Source: a virus. Taken from it: 64,000 bases of DNA. Where the stretch lies: IMG/VR virus record IMGVR_UViG_3300025018_000105; one strand, 5' to 3'. Positions within the stretch are counted from its first letter, which is position 1. Each line of letters begins with the position of its first letter. Position numbers and translations under genes: made by a program. Shown piece after piece: positions 58,606 to 64,000 of this stretch. The notes under the pieces are model-generated. The model did not search any database. It was not told where the DNA came from and saw nothing but the letters and a program-made list of their open reading frames with translations.

Positions 58606-58796
58606 CGGTCTGTCTCCTTAATTCCGATGATTCTCTCCTGCCCGAGTTTAAGAGATTCATCAATCCCTAAAACATGGTTAATTTCTAGGCCGTTTTTGTT
58701 AACCATACTTGGTAGGCTCGCGTTAACCTTAACACCGTCTTTCCAAGTATAGTTAACGAAACGGCAGATTTTGTTAACCATAATTTTGCGTAGGAC

Positions 58797-58826
58797 AAAA
58801 AAAAGGGAGGCTTTCGCCTCCCTTTG
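58797..58826 (-). terminator. intrinsic terminator GGGAGGC-GAAA-GCCTCCC-U7
   Basis: Same stem also at ~59730 and ~60307. Confidence 0.85.
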
Positions 58827-58827
58827 C

Positions 58828-59046
58828 TTATTGCGCCCAGTCAGGCGGCTCCTGTCCTGCGATGTAATCGGCATCCCAATCCGCTTGGCAGTTGAGTAGT
58901 TTTCCCGCCTGATAGTCCTGATCCTCAGCGTATCCTAACGGATCGGCCAGAAAAGCAAGTTCATCGTGGTAGAGGTTAACGTGACTATCAAAGAACCCCT
59001 TAAAGGGATAAACGTTGACGATGGTGACGGTTTCGACAGTGGCCAT
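58828..59046 (-). CDS. early acidic hypothetical protein
   Basis: Repeat RBS. Confidence 0.7.
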   Translation of the reverse strand: MATVETVTIVNVYPFKGFFDSHVNLYHDELAFLADPLGYAEDQDYQAGKLLNCQADWDADYIAGQEPPDWAQ

Positions 59047-59108
59047 TTCGTGTCTCCTTGGTTTCGATGATTCGTTTTTGAACGAGTCCAAGTGATTCGT
59101 CAAGCCAT

Positions 59109-59306
59109 TTATTCAAGTTCGAGTCCATCGGCGAGCATTCCGTCAATGATGTCGTCAGCGTAGCGATGTTCGATGTTGAGGATTCGCCCGTTCCACATAT
59201 AGCTAGGCGCATCAACATTTTCGTTGATCCAGTCCTGAGCCGATTCGGTCACAGCGATCACTTGAACGATAGAGCCTGAGTCGATGATTTCAATATCGTG
59301 AGCCAT
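59109..59306 (-). CDS. early hypothetical protein
   Basis: TAATG coupling, GGAAGG RBS. Confidence 0.7.
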   Translation of the reverse strand: MAHDIEIIDSGSIVQVIAVTESAQDWINENVDAPSYMWNGRILNIEHRYADDIIDGMLADGLELE

Positions 59307-59509
59307 TAGCAAGCCTTCCATTTGTTAATTGCAGAGCGGGGGGCGATTTCGCGCCCATGGTGGGTATAGTGTGGCCCGACGTAAGGCGTAATGATCGGCC
59401 TGCGTGCCTGCGTGCCTGCGACCTTGCGAGCGTAGGCGCGAGCGACCAGCAGCGCGCGAGCGCCGAGGAAAACCACGAAAAGGGCGATCAGGGCAATTGC
59501 TTCAATCAT
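59306..59509 (-). CDS. early membrane-anchored peptide
   Basis: Repeat RBS; N-terminal TM segment. Confidence 0.65.
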   Translation of the reverse strand: MIEAIALIALFVVFLGARALLVARAYARKVAGTQARRPIITPYVGPHYTHHGREIAPRSAINKWKAC

Positions 59510-59510
59510 C

Positions 59511-60324
59511 GAATGTCTCCTTGGTTTCGATGATTCGTTTTTGAACGAGTCGAAGTGATTCGTCAACCCCTATAATTCAAAAACTATGGTTAACGCGGGG
59601 AAGTTAATTTGTTAACCATATTTGTGAACCAAGTTTCGTTACGCCGCGTTAACCTTAACACGGCCCTACCAGACATGGTTAACGAATCGGCCGATTTTGT
59701 TAACCATGTTTTCGCAGAGGGCAAAAAATGGGAGGCTTTCGCCTCCCCATTTTTAGGCGTATTCTGCGAGTCGTTGCCCTGTCAGATTCAGGAAAAATGC
59801 AGGATTGAATGGTCCCCAATCCGTCGCCTTAGGGCCATACAGCGCGCCCCCGAGCGAATCGACATATGCAACGCAATCTTGCTCCAGCACCTCACTAAGG
59901 ATTAGCAGCGCGTCACCGTCAAGCCCTGCGGACAATTCGGCGACAAGAGTCGGCTCGCTGTCCGATTCGTGGACAGTGTAACGTTGCACGCGGCCACCGA
60001 GTCGGCGAATCTGCGTGAGAGCACGCGGCACAGAAATAAGGCCGCCTTGATTCGAGTGAAGGCCGATATTGATAAGATCACGCATTGAATGTCTCCGTGG
60101 TTTCGATGATTCGTTTTTGAAGGAGTCCAAGTGATTCGTCAACCCCTATAATTCAAAAACTATGGTTAACGCGGGGAAGTTAATTTGTTAACCATATTTG
60201 TGAACCAAGTTTCGTTACGCCGCGTTAACCTTAACACGGCCCTACCAGACATGGTTAACGAATCGGCCGATTTTGTTAACCATGTTTTCGCAGAGGGCAA
60301 AAAAATGGGAGGCTTTCGCCTCCC
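59511..60324. repeat. ~240-bp near-perfect direct repeat (59511-59747 and 60087-60324), partial third copy at 60545-60628
   Basis: Promoter unit, TTAAC-rich block and terminator duplicated. Confidence 0.9.
59753..60085 (-). CDS. putative SAM lyase (T3 gp0.3-like)
   Basis: SEPTLV and EVLEQDCVAY resemble T3 SAMase EEKTVRV and NEWEQDCVLVY; early location. Confidence 0.5.
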   Translation of the reverse strand: MRDLINIGLHSNQGGLISVPRALTQIRRLGGRVQRYTVHESDSEPTLVAELSAGLDGDALLILSEVLEQDCVAYVDSLGGALYGPKATDWGPFNPAFFLNLTGQRLAEYA

Positions 60325-60330
60325 TTGGAT

Positions 60331-60543
60331 TTAGCGAAGCTTGGCTTTCGCTTGGACTCCGCGATTGCTTTCCAGCCTGTCCGCGTCGGAAAGCGGCTTA
60401 TTTATTGGCGCTTCCAGTTGGAGGCGGCGACCCGGCCAAGCCTTGCGAGCGCGCTCTTTGGCCTGTTTCAGGCTTACCGCGCTGACATGGCCCATGAAAG
60501 ACCGATAGTTCCATACGGGGTAAACAGGCATTTGGTTTTGCAT
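60331..60543 (-). CDS. early 70-aa basic protein (paralogue of 57590-57802)
   Basis: Repeat RBS; sequence identity visible by eye. Confidence 0.75.
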   Translation of the reverse strand: MQNQMPVYPVWNYRSFMGHVSAVSLKQAKERARKAWPGRRLQLEAPINKPLSDADRLESNRGVQAKAKLR

Positions 60544-60674
60544 TGAATGTCTCCTCGGTTTCGATGATTCGTTTTTGAAGGAGTCCAAGTGATTCGTCAA
60601 CCCCTATAATTCAAAAACTATGGTTAACAGCGGATAGCACAAAATTAACCATATTTATGAACCCGGCGTTAACC

Positions 60675-60707
60675 TTAACATGGGGTTAAGAGTTAATTCT
60701 CCGTTAA
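60675..60707. promoter_or_regulatory. two full CtrA boxes (TTAA-N7-TTAA)
   Basis: TTAAcatggggTTAA 60675-60689 and TTAAttctccgTTAA 60693-60707. Confidence 0.65.
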
Positions 60708-61091
60708 CCATATTTGTTGTTTGTTTGTTGTGATTCGGTCTGCTATCAAGAGCAATGGCCACAGGAAGGCGATTCGTCCCATTTTGGGACGGGTCTGGCC
60801 GTGCCATGGTTAACACGTCGGTAACCATTCGGTTGCGATGGTTAACGGATCGGTAACCATGCCCGTTAACCACGGGTAAAATGGGCCTGATCCAAAACCC
60901 CTCCACTCCATAGCAAAATGACCTCGCTCCATAGGAATCGAAAATGAGTCCGCTCCATAGGAATCGAAAACGCGCCGGGTCCATAGCTGGCCCGACGCGT
61001 TTCCGGAGATTCACCCTTAGAAAGGGGCTGCGAACAAAAAGAGCAGCAGGGCGATGAATATCTTCACGATGCCTTCAACCAACTCCATAGG

Positions 61092-61358
61092 CTAGGCCTC
61101 GCTTTCGTAGTCGGGGAGTCCAGCCTCGGCGCGCTCGGCGTCGTAGTGGCGAAGCACCATTGCGAGAAAGTCCGGCGCGTGATTCATCCCACTCTGATCT
61201 GCCAGATGCAATAGGTCCGTTATCATCGCGATACATGCCGTAAGCAGGTCGTCATCGCTTTCTTTATGGGCCTGATACTCGGCAAGGCCCCATTCGGCAA
61301 ACTGGGCGCGGTCGGCCAGTTCGACGCGCTTGTCGCCCTGCGTTACGGCGTTACTCAT
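61092..61358 (-). CDS. early hypothetical protein
   Basis: ITDLLHLAD helical family pattern; GAGGAGGG RBS. Confidence 0.7.
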   Translation of the reverse strand: MSNAVTQGDKRVELADRAQFAEWGLAEYQAHKESDDDLLTACIAMITDLLHLADQSGMNHAPDFLAMVLRHYDAERAEAGLPDYESEA

Positions 61359-61641
61359 GCGGCGACCCCTCTTCGAGGTCTTCGAGAAGCCAGACCTGCG
61401 GGAGGGTAACGCTTTTCTGGATCGTCATCGCGGGCGACAGGCTGAGCGCTGGCATGTCTTCGGAATACGACTCACCAGTCACAACAAGCCCTTCGGCGAC
61501 TTCTTGGCTGCGGCTGGAAAACTCGATCCCAGTCTGTTCGTCTTGCAGCTTGGCGATCTGCACTTTTGCTTCGTCTTCGCTGTCGGCCACCACGTAGACC
61601 GTGGCTGCGATAAGGATTTCTCCTAAGTAAAGTTTCGTCAT
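61351..61641 (-). CDS. early acidic hypothetical protein
   Basis: GGAG RBS after the degenerate repeat. Confidence 0.7.
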   Translation of the reverse strand: MTKLYLGEILIAATVYVVADSEDEAKVQIAKLQDEQTGIEFSSRSQEVAEGLVVTGESYSEDMPALSLSPAMTIQKSVTLPQVWLLEDLEEGSPHE

Positions 61642-61843
61642 TGATGTTTCTCCGTTTCCGCTTGATTGTGGTGATGCCTTTCTGCCTAAGTTCGAATGAT
61701 TCGTCAAGGCCCTATTTCCTCAGCGTTAGGGTCCCCTTAACTGTGAGCGTAGGTTCCCGGCCCTTGTTCTGAGGCTCAGGGTCCCGTTAACCTTAACGCG
61801 GTGGTAACCTCCAAAGAAAAGGCCGGATCGCTCCGGCCTCTTC

Positions 61844-62044
61844 TCATATTTTGAACCAGTCCTGCTCTTCCATGTCGATGACCAGCGTCGCCTCGCCGTG
61901 TGTTGGGTTGTGCCACGTTACCCAAGCTTCCCATTGCGTTAACTCATTGTCCGTGGGCGTGATAGCGTGAACGTCCAACGGGTCGCAGTTGTCGGCGATG
62001 AATTGTAGCACTTCTTCCTGCGATTTTGTTAGCTTGATCTTCAT
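61844..62044 (-). CDS. early hypothetical protein
   Basis: TGATG coupling, AAGGAG RBS. Confidence 0.65.
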   Translation of the reverse strand: MKIKLTKSQEEVLQFIADNCDPLDVHAITPTDNELTQWEAWVTWHNPTHGEATLVIDMEEQDWFKI

Positions 62045-62583
62045 CAACTCTCTCCTTTGTCGTTCAGGTCCACGATGATCGTCGCGCCTTCAAATTGACG
62101 GGCGCTCTCAAGGGCCACATCGAAGCTGTCGAAGTCTTCCGAATAGCCGCGCTCTCCCGGTGGGCCATCAGAAACGCCCCATTCCGTTTTGCCTAGCGAT
62201 TCGGGCGGGAAAACGCCGTCGTCGATCTGGTGCTGTTGGATCGGACTGCCCTCGATCAGATACAGTGTTTTGCTGTCTGCGAGCGGCCCTTTTCTGGTCC
62301 GTGCGGCGGCGAGGGCCAGCGCCTCGTTGACTTGCTTGGAGTCAGCAACACCTTCGCGAAGGGCGTCGCCCAAGGCAGTGCTGGCCTCTTCTTCAATCGG
62401 ATCGATGATCCCTGCCTTGACGCCCAGCAGATATTGCGAGCGCGCCACGAGCCGCAACGCGGCAGTGTGAATAGGGCCGGTCTCGGGGTCGCTTGTTTCG
62501 GTGTCCAGCGTGTTGGTTTCAGCCAGAATCTTGAAGGCATCAATCGCGATGCAAGCGAGCCTACTTAGGTTGTCAGTATGCAT
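62044..62583 (-). CDS. early hypothetical protein
   Basis: GGAGGG RBS; typical codon usage. Confidence 0.7.
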   Translation of the reverse strand: MHTDNLSRLACIAIDAFKILAETNTLDTETSDPETGPIHTAALRLVARSQYLLGVKAGIIDPIEEEASTALGDALREGVADSKQVNEALALAAARTRKGPLADSKTLYLIEGSPIQQHQIDDGVFPPESLGKTEWGVSDGPPGERGYSEDFDSFDVALESARQFEGATIIVDLNDKGES

Positions 62584-62714
62584 GCGTAAGCCCTCCGATG
62601 CTTGGGGTTGCGAGTGTAAGAGCCCTTGCCCTTACGGTTGCGATGCGCCGCACAGCGCGTGATGCGGCCCGAGCGAAGGGCGGCGGCGATAGGGTTGTGT
62701 TTCGCGTTGCTCAT
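62565..62714 (-). CDS. ArfA-like (alternative ribosome-rescue factor A-like) 49-aa peptide
   Basis: NPIAAAL...RNRKGKGSYTRNPKH resembles ArfA NAIEALL...KNKKGKGSYMRKGKH. Confidence 0.7.
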   Translation of the reverse strand: MSNAKHNPIAAALRSGRITRCAAHRNRKGKGSYTRNPKHRRAYACILTT

Positions 62715-62880
62715 CGGTTGTCTCCTTGGTTTCGATGATTCGTTTATGCCATGGTCCAAGTGATTCGTCAATAGCAATTTTCAGAAATAAACACTCAGCC
62801 CTGTTCTGAGGCTTAGGGTTCTATTAACCTTAACGCGGTCATAAGGTTCAGGAAAAGGCGGGGATTGCTCCCCGCCTCCC

Positions 62881-63102
62881 TCAAAACTCGGCGTAGAAGC
62901 CCTCTTCTTCGAGGATTTCCTTGGCCATATCCACGATCTGGCGGTCGGTCCCATCCCAATCTTCGTGGAGGCTGGAATAGTCCTGATCGGGTAGGTCGAG
63001 CACGCCGAGGCCACAGATGCGCGTCAAGGCGTAGTTAATCTTCTTGCCGAAGGACAGGAAGGTTGGGCGGTCGGGGCAGGTGAAGTATTCGATAACGTCC
63101 AT
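62881..63102 (-). CDS. early acidic hypothetical protein
   Basis: Repeat RBS. Confidence 0.7.
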   Translation of the reverse strand: MDVIEYFTCPDRPTFLSFGKKINYALTRICGLGVLDLPDQDYSSLHEDWDGTDRQIVDMAKEILEEEGFYAEF

Positions 63103-63237
63103 CGGTTGTCTCCTTGTTTCCGATGATTCGTTTGTGCCATGGTCAAAGTGATTCGTCAAGCACTATTTTCATCAAGTTTCTATTTCTAAAAGTTAGAGTC
63201 CTGTTAACCTTAACACGGTGGTAAGATTCAAAAACAG

Positions 63238-63252
63238 TTAACAAAAGGTTAA
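63238..63252. promoter_or_regulatory. full CtrA box
   Basis: TTAAcaaaaggTTAA. Confidence 0.6.
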
Positions 63253-63296
63253 GGGCCGGATTTCTCCGGCCCTCTTCCTATTGCTCTTCGCTGGTA

Positions 63297-63995
63297 TCAT
63301 GCTGGCACTGCCTCAATACCCACCTTGTCAAGCAGCGCGTTGTCGGCCTTCTGTTGCTGAATCATGCCCTTGTAAATGGTTTGTGCCTCTTGCTCGCAGT
63401 AGTCCGAGTCGCCAAGGAAGCCCCAGCATGAATCCAGCGTCTCGCCATTCTGGTCTTCGATAGCGAAGCCCCAACAATCGCCGCGAAGATACGAGTCGTA
63501 AGTCGCGACTTCCGCTTCGATAAGGGCTTGCGCCTTCTCCCGCTTGACCTGCGTGAGCAGCTTGCCCCCATACTCGCGAAGGATCGTTTCCTTCGTCATG
63601 AAGGCGAAGCCGACTTGACCGCTATCCCAGCGGCACGAAAAAGGCTCACAGCGCATCGTGATTCCTGAGTGATCGTAGAGAAACAGGGGAAGCGCCACAA
63701 TGTCCGAGCAGCGAAGAATCGCCTTGTAGAGGTCCGGCCCATGAGAAAAGTCCAGAGAATCTTCCGAATAATCATCTTCCCAGCTTTCGCGATAATCACG
63801 GCTGGCACGGATCGCGTCGCGGGCTTTCTCGTGCCCGTCCTCATCGCCTAGGTCATACCGGCCATGATCGCAACACAAGGTGCTGGCTTCGCAGTAGTCC
63901 TTACGCGGGTCGATCGGATCGGGGTCTTGAATAATTTTCAGGATCAAGCCCGTTTCTTCGCATTCCTCTTGATGCGTCACGTATTCGTAGCTCAT
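63297..63995 (-). CDS. conserved early protein of the LYDHSG/WDSGQVG family (function unknown, possibly anti-restriction)
   Basis: LPLFLYDHSGIT...WDSGQVG...E..TY..YL.GDCWGF. Confidence 0.65.
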   Translation of the reverse strand: MSYEYVTHQEECEETGLILKIIQDPDPIDPRKDYCEASTLCCDHGRYDLGDEDGHEKARDAIRASRDYRESWEDDYSEDSLDFSHGPDLYKAILRCSDIVALPLFLYDHSGITMRCEPFSCRWDSGQVGFAFMTKETILREYGGKLLTQVKREKAQALIEAEVATYDSYLRGDCWGFAIEDQNGETLDSCWGFLGDSDYCEQEAQTIYKGMIQQQKADNALLDKVGIEAVPA

Positions 63996-64000
63996 GCCAC

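Larger units (their letters stand above)
57808..63159 (-). repeat. dispersed 53-bp early promoter/RBS repeat (8 full, 1 degenerate, 1 half copy)
   Basis: Consensus TTGACGAATCACTTGGACTCSTTCAAAAACGAATCATCGAAACCAAGGAGACA at 57808, 58201, 59051, 59514, 60090, 60548, 62719, 63107; half at 58611; degenerate at 61646-61707. Confidence 0.9.

Noticed and set aside
57808-63159. CRISPR array suggested by recurring ~50-bp repeats
   Set aside because: Spacing is irregular (hundreds of bp), the intervening DNA encodes genes, and the repeat contains a -35 element and RBS

Overview
This is a 64-kb segment of a large lytic siphophage of the phiCbK/Lacusarx-like type. The host is inferred to be an alphaproteobacterium, from GTA-like tail-tip genes, CtrA boxes and GANTC-rich promoters. 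Bases 1-22.7 kb (+ strand) hold nucleotide-metabolism and replication genes: dCMP deaminase, N6-adenine MTase, phosphoesterase, kinase, T7-like DNA polymerase, DEDDh exonuclease, Cas4-like nuclease, RecD/Dda helicase, dNMP kinase, three MazG-like proteins, class Ia RNR with glutaredoxin, and an XRE regulator. Bases 22.7-57.1 kb (- strand) hold a HAD hydrolase, NAD ligase, ThyX, spanins, endolysin, and tail, head and portal genes, followed by a lipid desaturase-like gene and PhoH. Bases 57.5-64 kb (- strand) are an array of small early genes, most transcription units driven by a repeated 53-bp promoter/RBS unit. No terminase, holin, tRNA, integrase or CRISPR array was recognised. The most notable observations are: a ~360-nt highly structured untranslated RNA ahead of the portal gene; a TMEM189/CarF-type desaturase; a stand-alone operon pairing a MazG-like protein with a minimal class II aaRS-like ligase; early promoters packed with GcrA/CcrM-type TGATTCG motifs next to CtrA boxes; ArfA-like and SAM-lyase-like early proteins; and an unannotated protamine-like peptide in the head operon. 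All family calls come from motif recognition by eye; no database search was run.
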